Source: Macrostomum lignano
Taxonomy: Eukaryota
Direction: 5' to 3'
NCBI GenBank assembly: GCA_002269645.1
Contig: NIVC01001834.1
Span: 1 to 64,000 of the forward strand
DNA: 64,000 bases
In this document: positions 50,201-61,489 of the stretch, piece after piece
How positions within the stretch are numbered: the first letter of the stretch is position 1
How the letters are laid out: the number at the start of each line of letters is the position of its first letter
Made by a program: the position numbers and the translations under genes
Notes under the pieces: generated by a model
The model's database searches: none
The model's input: the letters and a program-made list of their open reading frames with translations, nothing else
What the model was told of the DNA's origin: nothing

Positions 50201-51535
50201 GCCTCAAAATTAATGTGACTGCACTGGGAATCGAGCCTGGGCCGCTGGCACATCAGAGCGTCGCGCCAGACCACTGGGCTACGGCCCCACCCTCATGCAG
50301 TGACTCACCGGGGCTGGTAGGCACCAATAGGAATGGCGGCAAGTTTCATTGGCCCGTAGAGCCGGCCAATCTGTTTGAAGACATCCGCCTGATATCCGGT
50401 GTCGCCGCCAAAGAACACGGCAGAGTTGCCATGCCGCAATACGTAGCTGCCCCACAAACTGCAGTTTTTATCAAACAGATTCCTGCCGCTCCAGTGACTG
50501 CTGGGAGTGAATATAATTTCTAGATTCGATTCCGGCAGGACTACCGACTCCCACCAGGACAGTTCGTGCACCTGTCAGTCAATGTCAAACATAAAGGATA
50601 ATAAAATATATTCACGACCTCGTGAAACTGTAAGAGCTTGAAGTTACATAAAACATGACAGTAATAAAATGAGTTCCTAAAAATGAGTTCCTAGAAATCC
50701 TAAAAATGCATGGCCCAGCTCGACTCATTGGTTTATGAATGATCTATTTATCTTCTCTGTTACACATATTGTTACACAGAGTCAGATAAGAATGATAGAA
50801 TAGATTTATAAAACCAATGAGCCGAGCCGTGCCATTTTAATGGTTTTTGGGCACAGAAAATATGCAATTGTACGTAGAACATAACTGCTCAGATTAATAA
50901 GGCTCAGCAATGTAGCAAACATTTGCAGAGTCAAATACAAACTACTACTAACTAACCTGGTTGGCAGGCACTCCGCAGTACTTAGTCATCCACCAGGCGT
51001 CTCCCACCGGCACATAAAAGTGCAGCCAAGGCTGAAGCTCGCGCAGCTGATTCAATGTGGCTCGGTCCATGTGATCGAAATGATTATGGCTGATGCAGAC
51101 AGCCAGGAGGTTGGGCAGCTGCTCAGGCGAGCATGGAGCCGGTCGCTGCCGCTGCGGCCCAATCCAGGACACAGGCGACGCCCGGCTGCCAAGCAGGGGA
51201 TCGAACAGTACGCGAACTTCGTTAGAAAAAGTGAACAAGCAGCTGGCGTGTCCCAGCCAGGTCACGGACACGGATTTGTTGTCGCCAAGTGATAAGGAGA
51301 AATCCGGCCGAGTCACTGGCAGGCGAATGTCGAGCTCGCGTGGGTCCGGCACAGGTGGGCGGTTGCGATACCGGGAACTCATCAGGAACATGAGGTAGCG
51401 CAGAGGGCTGGGCAGTGGGAACTCCCACGGATTGCTGAATTGGGTCAGCAGAGTCCAGCCAAACAGTTTTGGCTCCCAGCGCTGCGGCTTGACAAGCCTG
51501 CTGTCCAAAGCCAGAGGATCAGTTGCTGCTGGCAT
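47211..51535 (-). CDS. NAPEPLD: N-acyl-phosphatidylethanolamine phospholipase D; exons 51535..50957, 50571..50309, 49799..49682, 47315..47211 (354 aa; 374 aa if ATG 51595 is used)
   Basis: Motifs FSNPW, VTWLGHAS, DPLLGSRASP, SHNHFDH (HxHxDH), HWSGR, FGGDTGY, IPIGAYQPR, QHVSP.EAV, IHWGTF, LLQPP. All introns are GT..AG with matching phases (0, 2, 0), and the total 1065 nt is divisible by 3. Confidence 0.92.
47690..48235. repeat. Purine-rich degenerate tandem repeat (GGGATGCAGGGAGA) in NAPE-PLD intron 3
   Basis: Direct reading. Confidence 0.85.
48850..49640. repeat. 27-bp minisatellite (GGTCACACCTGAGACACGTGAAATGAT) in NAPE-PLD intron 3
   Basis: Tandem units read directly. Confidence 0.95.
50020..50290 (-). 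mobile_element. tRNA-derived SINE family A in NAPE-PLD intron 2
   Basis: Minus-strand head GGGGCCGTAGCCCAGTGGTCTGGCGCG...GGCTCGATTCCCAG (A and B boxes); body shared with the cassette copies. Confidence 0.85.
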
Positions 51536-51544
51536 GGGTTCCAG

Positions 51545-51735
51545 CTGGGGGGTCGCCACACACTGGCAATTATCTCGGCTAATGCTGGCACCCATTTTAC
51601 AGCTGGGTGAACTGAAGCAATGCAGAGTTAAGTGTCTTGCTCAAGGACACAACACAAATTGTTCTGGGTAGGTCAGGAATTGAACCCCAGATGTTTCAGT
51701 TGTGAGTTTGACATTCTAACCACTAGACTACAACC
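51545..51735 (-). mobile_element. 3'-truncated SINE family B immediately upstream of NAPE-PLD
   Basis: A box TAGTCTAGTGG, B box GGTTCAATTCC, body GTCCTTGAGCAAGACACTT..CACCCAGCTGTAAAATGGGTGCC; homology stops 9 nt before ATG 51535. Confidence 0.9.
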
Positions 51736-54700
51736 CACTAGCCCTACAAGGAAATAACCAAAATTTTATTGTATTTATACCTGAGCCATATCTAATTTTT
51801 TTCCTATATCCTATCTATACCTATAGGCTCTAGAATACATTTCTTATAACTTAATGAAATTTAGTTTAATGGCACTAGCTTCTCAATAGTTTACTTTAGA
51901 AAGTAACAAAACATTATAACTTTAGCTCTCACTATCCTAATTACACAATGTGCACATGGCACTAAAAGTCTAATTTATTGAGTCCCTAAGTATACAAACT
52001 TAAGAGTTTCCCTTATAAAAGCTTTAAAGCTAGCAATATTCCTATTCCTATTGCTTTATCTCTAACTATAAAATCTACCTATACTTTACCTCATTTATCA
52101 AGTAGCTAATATAAGACTAAGACAATAATTTTATTTAGTAACCTTTAATATATAAACTATAACTTATTTAAGAATAATGTGACTATTTTTTATATAAAAA
52201 TCACACTAGGCATAGTTATAATCCATAGTGCTAAATATACACTATACACAATAATTTTTTGCCTTGCACATTAATATGGAAGATTGCCATAAAATTCTAG
52301 CAAATACAAAGATCTTTGATATATTTAGCACCTAATCATAGCATACTAAACATGGTAATCCAGTCTTTGATGCACAAAACATAACTTTCTTGACCAATTT
52401 ATCAAGAAACTAAGGCATAGAAAGTGCCTTACTTTGCCTAGTAAGTGCCTAAAAGGCATATAAAGTGCAAAACATATGCATTAAAAAATTCATTTATTAT
52501 TAAGCAAACTTTTAAATAGAGTTCCACCTTAGCTATAGATCTCCACTTCCAAATCATAGTCAATTCCCTGAAAAAATGGTCAGCATAAAGTATCTAGTAT
52601 ATGGAACAATCCACTTGAAAATTGCGCCATAGAGCTAGCTGGTGTATAGTATAGCTATTGGTATACAAAAGATCAAAATGTCATAATGCAAGAAAGGTTC
52701 TTTCTTATATTGCTGCAACACTATATATTTATATATATGTTTACTTAGGCCAGGGCTTAGGCTAGGCCTAGTACTAGTACTAGTTGACATATACAAGGCT
52801 AGATAGCTGAAGTAATATTTTACAATATTACTATATAGGCCTAGGCCTAGCCCCTAGTTATATAGAAAGCAATGACATATTTCAAACCTATTTTTTAAAA
52901 AGAAAAAATTTCAGCATAGACTTTTTGATAACCTAAACTTAGAGATAAATACCTAAATTAGTTAGGCCTGGTAAAATAGTTAACACCAGACAAGATCTTA
53001 AAGACTTAGGCCTAGGCTAGGCCTAACTGAATAATAACCTCGTAAATTTAATGACTTTTGTATTTGTTTGTTTGTAGCTTTAGTTGTAGAGGATGACTTT
53101 TAGTTCTAGTTTCGTTCACGAATCATGATTTATCCCAAGTCATAGGAACATGGAACAGTACTAGTTATTAGGCCTAGTAATTAAGTCACAAGATCAGATG
53201 GAAGTCACAATGGAGAATGGACAACAGGTATCATCGTATCCAAATGAGTATGGAAGATACTTAGAATAGGCTATGATAATTTATAATTGCACTGCCAGCA
53301 ATCTAATTTCTATCCATGTCCTATCCATCTTGCCATTTGCCATCTGACCGAGTCTCTGGACCAAATTGAAGACTGCAGGGATATGGTTCCTTGTTTGTAA
53401 AAAGAGTGTTCGTGCGTGCACGTGTGCATGGAAAAGTTTAAACAAATCTTAAGACAATACTCATGCGTAAATGTTTCTAGTAAAAAATCGTTTGAAATTA
53501 TATTTCAGTCTCATCTTGGGATGTAAAATTTTCAACGCAGCATCTACATATACTTTAAAAAATTCCAATCTGGACTTTAAAGTACATGTACTTCAGGTGG
53601 ACCTCAGTGTACTTCAATATACTTCAGTATTTTGTCGTTTACTCAAGGACCACTGGAATATTAGTAGTCTAGTAGTCCTTGTGTCAACTGTGAGTTTATA
53701 GTAAGTTGAGGAAGGGATGTGGGTCCCACATGTACCTGAATAATTGATTAAAAAATGGCAGTCAAATTCGATCCGGTCATATGCAACATAATTGTAGCTA
53801 TACCTTACACATGTACACTAATACTATGTTATTCTTGTTAAGCAAATGAGATTCAATTCAACTAGCATTTATTGCTACAATTTATATGGTAACAGTAGTA
53901 GAAAAAAGCAGCCCAGTTCGTTAACAGCCACTTGGGGATGGTAGTACTACTGCATTTAATTAACTGCATGTATACTTGTATACGTAGTAACTGCAGGTAG
54001 TAACTGCATGTATATTTAGATATGCTGCAAAAAGGGCAATGAACTGAAAAGAAAAGAAGATTTTGTTGATATATATACTCGCACAACTTGTACAGATACA
54101 ACATGTTATACTTCAGAGCCATACAGAAAATTAAATGTATAAGTACGTGTTTACATAGATCAGTTATATTTCGAAATGACCCAATTGGCGCGCAGACAAA
54201 TGACTCGACTTCCTTTGTATTTGATATTACTAAATTTAATAGGCTCTCGAAAAAAGGGAAATACACGTATCACGGAAATTGCTTTATCAATGTAGTTTTT
54301 CAACTTTTGCTGCTATTCTAGCTCCCGGTCATGTGCAACGCAATCCTAGCTACGCACCCCGGCCTCCTCAACCGCGTGCCGTGCTTACGTAAATGCCCCC
54401 TCAACGTTCACCAAACCAAACCTCCATGTTTTCTTGACAACTCCCGTCATATGGCCACGGACTACTTAAGTAGTCCTACTAGTGGTCCTTGCATATGGCG
54501 TGCCCAACTCTTATTGCACGCATGTACATGAAGCATGTAGCTCTGACAACGCTATTACATGTACCTCGAAATTCCTGTCTTTTACGTTATAAGTGGCTTT
54601 TTGATTTCTAATATTTTGTCACATGCTCTCTAAAACACGAATTTATGCATAGGCTTAAAAACGAGCGTATTAAAAGAAATGTTATTGTATATACATTGTA

Positions 54701-55142
54701 AGATATAGAGTTCGTTTGCTGCAGAAGCAGAACACATGAAGATCGAGGTGACGCTTTGATTGTCGATAATACAGAAAAGTACTGCAGGTACATAAAAAGT
54801 GTTATGCGTACGCTCCTGTAGATAGATATCTACACGCGCCGTTCATTGGTCAAATTGAATATGGGTGCAAGCAATTTTAACCGTTTCTGCGCAATATTGA
54901 CGTGAAAAAACTGTAAACTTTCAGTTCTATCTGTACATGCAAATGTATACCTCCACTGATAACGAGGTTGCATTGCTTTGAGGTACAAAAACTGGTCGGG
55001 AATGAAATTGTAAAAATCTAGTCGCTAAGACCAGCAAGAATGTCTAGTCACTGCCTGCAAAGATGCTGCAAAAAAGAAAATACTGTAGGCGTCGATTCTT
55101 CCGGCAATCACATCGAAAATAGTGAAGAAAAAGACGGCAGCG

Positions 55143-58100
55143 ATGGATCAAAGGTGCAGGTAAAATCTCTAATACTTATACTACTAAGCAAAACCTTATT
55201 ATCTAGCCAACATAAATGACTAGCCTTAAGTCCCGTCTCCACTAACACCCACTCCACCAGCAACTCCACCAGCAACACCCACTCCACCAGCAACTCCACC
55301 AGCAACACCCACTCCACCAGCAACTCCACCAGCAACACCCACTCCACCAGCGACACCCACTCCACCAGCAACACACTCCACCAGCAACACACTCCACCAG
55401 CAACATCACTCCACCAGCAACACCCACTCCACCAGCAACACTCACTCCACCAGCAACTCCACCAGCAACACCCACTCCACCAGCAACACCCACTCCACCA
55501 GCAACACACTCCACCAGCGACACCCACTCCACCAGCAACACTCACTCCACCAGCAACTCCACCAGCAACACCCACTCCACCAGCAACTCCACCAGCAACA
55601 CCCACTCCACCAGCGACACCCACTCCACCAGCAACACACTCCACCAGCAACACACTCCACCAGCAACATCACTCCACCAGCAACACCCACTCCACCAGCA
55701 ACACTCACTCCACCAGCAACTCCACCAGCAACACCCACTCCACCAGCAACACCCACTCCACCAGCAACAACCACTCCACCAGCAACATCCACTCCACCAG
55801 CAACACCCACTCCACCAGCAACACTCACTCCACCAGCAACTCCACCAGCACTCCTCCCACCGGACTCTACGTCCGGTCTACGAATTTGTCGTAGCTCCTA
55901 CTTGGCGCCGCGTTTTCGTCGCGGAGGAGAAACACGCCCAATGGGGGTGTACGAAGAGCGCCATAACTCGGACACCGCGTCCAGCGAGCGTGATTGCACT
56001 GAAAGAGGAGCGCGTATCGGTTCTAACACCGGGGGAGCCAAGTATCCGGCCCGCTACCTCCCCGCTCTTCTGTTGCTCAAGGCCGGCGATGTTGAGACCA
56101 ACCCGGGGCCTGCTAACAGCTGCGGACACGTCAGCTGCGGCCGCCCTCTGCGCGGCAAGTTCCTCACCTGCGCGAGATGTAACAGCCGCTTCCATCTGCA
56201 GAGGGAATGCTCCGCGGGTTGAGTCGCTGGGCCGCGAATAAGGCCGCGGACGCCCAGGAATGGCACTGCGCCAATTGCGAGAACGGCCCCACCACCCAGA
56301 CAGACTCGTCGTCCTCTGACCAACCGTCCACCCCTATCTTCCAGCCCACGGAGAAGCACACCGCTCGCAGGCAAGCCCTGCTCAACCGTATCCGGCAGGA
56401 GAAACCAAAATGCAACCATTGTCGGAAACCGATGCGCGTCAGCTCCACCATCGCCTGCCGCAATGCCTGTTAAGGATTCTTCCATAACGCCTGCATGCAA
56501 GCCACGTGCGACCAGATCAAAAAAGAAATCAGTCGTGGGCTTTGGAGATGCGGTCGCTGCACCGAAGCCGCCTGCCTCCAAGGCCCGCCCGCCCTCCCCT
56601 GAGGACCCTGACCCCCACTCCTGTTTGGGGGGGGGGAGCCGCCCGGAAGCTGGGTGGGACTGCAAGAAACCCGAGCTCAAAATTATTCAATGGAATGCGG
56701 ATGGGATCAGCAACAAATGGGGGAGCTTGAGGACCTCGCATCCCGGCTTCAGGCCGACGTTATTGCGGTTCAAGAGTCGAAGCTCACCTCATTCAACAAA
56801 ACCCCCCGCATCCCGGGCTTCAGCACCATCCGCAAGGACCGTAAAAGCGCCCTCTGCGACCGAAACGTTAAATGCGGCGGCCTGCTCTTCATTATCCGGC
56901 AAGGCATTTCGTTCAATAAACTTCAAGGATGGTCTGGCGGAACCACCGAAGGCTGCAGAATTTCGATCAGCAGCTCGGCCAGACAAAAACTTGTCATCTC
57001 AAACATCTACCGCCCCCCATCCGGCGCGTGGAAGGCGAAGATCACCGTGAGTACCCCAGTGTCGATTCCTGGCTCAGATGCTTCCACAGGGAAATTCTGC
57101 TTGGTGACCTCAACCTCCACCACACTGCCTAGGGCAGCGATCCCAATCAAGGACCTAAAGGTGCAGCACAAACTCAGTGCCTGGTCGACTGGTGCAACTC
57201 CGTGGACTACCGCATCCTGAACTCAGGGGAACACACTTGTGTTGACAGGCGCACCGTACGGACTAGTGATCTCGATCTCACCATCGCTAGTCAATCAGTG
57301 GCCGACCTCTGTAAATGGCAACCGCTAACCGAGCTCGGCTCCGATCACCAACCCATCCTGGTGACAGTCCGGGAATTCCGTGAAACCCTGAGCACTGCGC
57401 CTCGCTTCAGCTGGTCTTGGAAAAAAGCGGACTGGACCGCTTACCAGACCCTGCTCTCCGAGGACGCCGACTACCTCAATGGCGGCTCCATCAAGAAACA
57501 GATTGCCAGGCTCAGCTTGGGCATGCTTAAAGCAGCCAAAGCTGCTATCCCGCTCAAAAAAGTTTCTGCCAAAAACAAGCCATACTGGGATGAAGAACTC
57601 ACTGAACTTCGCGACACTCGGAACCGGCTTAGGGAATCTGGCGCTCATCCTGGCGAGTGGCTCGAAAAAAGTCACGAACTATCCAAACTCTGTGCCGAAA
57701 AGAAAGCCGAATTCTAGAAAGGAGTACATCAACAAAATGTCCGACTCTGCCGACCCAAAACAAGTCTGGAGGACTGTCAAGTGCCTCAGAAACGGCAAAC
57801 AACAAGCTCCTCTCAATGAATCTCTCGTTGTTGATGGTCGAGAACTGCGCACGGACAAGGAAAAGGCTAACGTCTTTGGCCGCTATTACGAAAAATCAGC
57901 ACTCTGAAACACTCGGCGGTGGACCGCAAGGTCAAAGTGGCCACGTCCCGTCGACTGGCCTCCACTGACGACGACCTTTACTCCCGTGATTTCACCCCTG
58001 GTGAGCTGAAACAGGCCATTGGCAAACTTGACCCCAGCAAAAATGTGGTCCCGACGAAATCGAAGCTGCCTTATTCATCCACCTGCCGGACTCTTGGATG

Positions 58101-61100
58101 ACGGCCTGGCTGGCCGTCTTCAACCGTTGCTGGCGCACCGGACACTGCCCTGGAGTCTGGAAAAAGGCCGTTATCGTCCCCCTGATAAAGGACGGAAAGG
58201 ACCCCAAAGACCGCGGTAGCTACAGGCCTGTCAGCCTCACCTCCATCTGCAGAAAGATCCTCGAACGGCTTATCCTCGATCGTCTCTAACGCTGGCTCGA
58301 GCTCCACAACATCATTCAGCCCTGGCAAGCCGGTTTTCAACGGCGATGAAGTCGCGGCTGTGAAGAGCAAATCGCCCGCCTCGTTCAGTCAATTCAAGAT
58401 GGATGGGAGAAACGCCCGCACTTGAAAACTGTGGCCGTCCTCATCGACTGCTCTCGCGCCTTTGACCGTGTTTGGCGCGCTCGCCTTATTAGTCGCATGA
58501 TGGACGAAGGCGTCCCTGCCTGTATGGTGCGCTGGTTCACCAGCTTTTTCGAAGGCAGGCAGATCGCTGTGCGGGTCGGCTCCTCACTTGGGAAATGGCG
58601 CAGACTGAGGGAAGGCGTCCCCAGGGCGCCGTCAGCTCGCCTGCCCTCTTCCTCATCTATGTTAACAAGTGGTCCGGTCACACCGTGCCTCTCGTCGACT
58701 ACAGTGGCTATGCAGACGATCTCGCCCTCTGGAGCACAGGCCGGATCGAGGAATGGGCCGCTCATCTGCGCATCGACGTCAACCCTTCTAAAACTGAGAG
58801 ATGCCTCTTCTCTCGTGACAGATCCGACCGTCAACGCAACCTCAGCCTCACCCTCCGGGGCCTACAGATTCCTTTCAAGCAGGAGATTAAGTTTCTCGGA
58901 ATCTGGATTGACCAAGGTCAGCTATTCGAAAAGCAAACTGACTCCGTCCAGGAGAAAATGCTTTGCCGAGCTGCCATCCTCCGTGCCCCAGCCCACCGTG
59001 AATGGGGCTGGGATCGCAAGCTGCTGCTGCGAGTCTACTGGGCTCTTGTGGAATCCGTCGTGTGGCACGCCGCCGCAACCTGGACGCCTTGGCTATCTGC
59101 GACCCGTCTCAACGCCATCGAACGTGCCCAGCGTGAGGCCCTCCGGGTTGTCACTGGTCTCCCCCGCTCGACACCGGTAGAGGCCATCTACTTTGAGTCG
59201 GGAATCCTTCCTATCAGCCTCGAAGCCCGCCGAAGATCGCTGCTTGCGGTTGAGAAGGCGCTCCGAAGACCTCCCGGCGAACCCTTCCGGCAGCTTTGCG
59301 AACGCCCGCCACGACACCCTGCTTTCTGCCAACCGAGGCCTCCGCGAACAAGCTAGACGCATCACCGATGAGCTCCTTGGTGGACACCGCCTAGCCAACA
59401 GCCACATCCGGCTCCCACCCTGGAATTCGTTAGCCGACGCCGGAGGGCGCATGTTCACCAAGCTGCTGTTCGAGCCCATTGAAACCGCCGTCGCCCAGGC
59501 GGTCCAAGCCACCGCGACCGCGCGCTGCCCGAACGCCGCCACTTACTTCACCGACGGATCCGTCTCGGGTGGCGTTGAAAACGGAGGTGCGGCCTGGATT
59601 CTCCTGAGCCAGGACGGCTCTATCAGCCGGCGCGGGCGCGTGGCCGCGGGCCGCTGGTGCAGCTCCTTTGAGGCCGAACTTCCAGGCTCTAAGCGACATC
59701 ATTGCCAATGCCCCGAAAGAGGCTGCCATTCTCACCGACAGCCAGAGCGCTATCGCGGTCCTCCAAGCTGATCCCCAACCATCAACCTGCTCGTCGAGAA
59801 CGTTAACGAACGCCTTATCACCGCCGCCCGTCTTTTTAAGATCATCCTGCAGTGGATGCCCGGGCACGCCGGAATCCTCGGAAATGATGAACTGGTGGAT
59901 GCCGAGGCTAAACTAGCGGCCACGCTGCCTCAGGAACATGTCGGCACCACCCTGGATTCGGCTAGGGCCCGCATCCGCCGGGTTGTTAACCATTCGCCCA
60001 ACATGACAGGCCACCTGCTCGAGGTATGGCCAAAAGATTACGACGCATGAGGGCCCTCGCAGGCAACAGGTCTTAGGTCTGCGCCGGGCACTGTCCTGCA
60101 TCGATCTACTACCGCAACCGCACCGGCATGGAGGTCGGGGGCAACTGCCGTCTCTGCGCGGAAGAGGTCGATCAATTCCACCTTCTCAACTGCCCGGCCC
60201 TGGACGTCCAACGCCGTACTCACGGCATTACCGAAATGTGTCGACTCGCTCGCGCCGACGTGGTGGCGCTTCTCCAAGCGGCCATCGGTTGGTGTCCCCT
60301 TTAAGAGAGGGGACCGCATACAACAACTCCACCACCAATACCCACTCCACCAGCAACACCCACTCCACCACCAACACCCACTCCACCAACAACACCCACT
60401 CCACCAGCAACACCCACTCCACCAGCAATTCCACCAGCAACACCCTCTCCACTATTAAAACTTCAGCCGGAGTTGCGACCCCTGCTTGCTAGGTACTGGC
60501 CGCTGCTCGTGCTCAGCTGGTGCATGGAGCTCAGTCTTGGCGCAGCCATCTCAATGCCCGGACCGACGCTGCCTTACCTGGCCTTGAAAGTCTCTGAACC
60601 AATCGAACGTCTCGGTTTTATGTTCACGGGCAGTTCACTGACCTCCTGCTTAGCTGCCTGGCTGACTGGCCTGGCCTTGGCTCGACTCACTGATAGCAGT
60701 CGGGTTAAATTAATCGGCTTGTTGCTAGGCAACGGGCTCCTAGTTGCTGCCCTAATTGCGACGCCTTCGGCTGACTCGCTTGCTGGACTAATCGCGGCCC
60801 AGTGCACAATGGGAGCTGGAGTTGCCGTAATTTCTACAGGTATGTCTTCGCTGCTGAATGCAAGGAAGTGTTCACTTTTTAGCCAAATTTACAATATCTT
60901 ACCTCACGGACCACTAGAAGTTACCGTTGTACTGTTATTTTTATCGGTACGAGTATAACGGTAACTAGTGATCCTTATGCATGTACGGTGATAAAAGCAT
61001 CTTTCCCGCCTGCAGTGGACAACATGCTGATGATTTACTTGTTCGGCCCGATCCTATCCCGCTCTCTGTCGCATTCTCTGCACTTCTGCGTCGGACTTGG

Positions 61101-61353
61101 CGGCTTCCTGGCTCCGCTGCTGGCACGGCCTTTCCTAATCAGCATGGGCGACGTTGACGGCGGCGACGTCTGCGGCGGAAGCAGCAGTGGGATCTGCTCA
61201 AGTAGGAACGGCACAAGGTGTTGAAAACACTTCGTCACGTTCTCATACGAATCTGCAACCGCTCAAGTGGTCTTTTGTAATAGTTGCCTGTCTACACGGA
61301 ACCTGCTTGTGCGGCTATGGACTGCTTCTACTGATCAACTTTCAGCTGAAGAG
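55143..61353 (+). CDS. MFSD4-like major facilitator transporter, partial; probable exons 55143..55159 (tentative), 60493..60839, 61016..~61353 with an apparent frameshift
   Basis: LGAAISMPGPTL and SLHFCVGLGGFLAPLLARPFL resemble MFSD4-family motifs. GT..AG intron 60840..61015 is phase-compatible. Exon 1 is inferred only from phase and donor. Confidence 0.6.
55242..55850. repeat. CA-rich minisatellite (ACCCACTCCACCAGCAAC), left part
   Basis: Continues at 60321-60445 beyond the LINE. Confidence 0.95.
55851..55963 (+). ncRNA. Predicted HDV-like self-cleaving ribozyme at the LINE 5' end
   Basis: P1 55851-57/55923-29, P2 55903-09/55956-63, P3 55910-12/55920-22, L3 UUUUCGU, P1.1 UU/AA, P4 55932-50, J4/2 ACGAA with candidate catalytic C55952. 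Confidence 0.8.
56070..56111 (+). other. 2A-like ribosomal skipping motif LLLKAGDVETNPG-P
   Basis: Exact match to the D(V/I)ExNPGP consensus, with an upstream leucine-rich stretch. Confidence 0.85.
60321..60445. repeat. CA-rich minisatellite, right part
   Basis: Same unit as 55242-55850. Confidence 0.9.
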
Positions 61354-61489
61354 GTACGTTGACATACTTCTGGAAACTTTCTTTACTGAAATCTGATAGT
61401 CATAGGAAAAAGTGCTAGAGCGGTACAGCACCCGAATCTCGCAGCAAAATTTCCAGGTGATCACATTATGGTAAAGTGCTCCAGGGAAA

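Larger units (their letters stand above)
55851..60323 (+). mobile_element. Full-length, decayed ingi/I-group LINE: HDV-like ribozyme, 2A-like peptide, PHD-like fingers, APE, RT, RNase H, zinc knuckle
   Basis: DVETNPGP; Cys/His fingers; APE (IQWNADG, VQESKL, LGDLNLHH, SDHQPI); RT (SYRPVSLTS, GYADDL, FLGIWID); RNase H (YFTDGS, TDSQSA, WMPGHAGILGN); 3' stem GTCCCCT/AGGGGAC and CAACAA tail; many stops and frameshifts. Confidence 0.92.

Noticed and set aside
51750-55000. AT-rich divergent intergenic region with many CTAGGCCTAG and TACATGTA palindromes
   Set aside because: No element boundaries, ORF or consistent periodicity could be defined.
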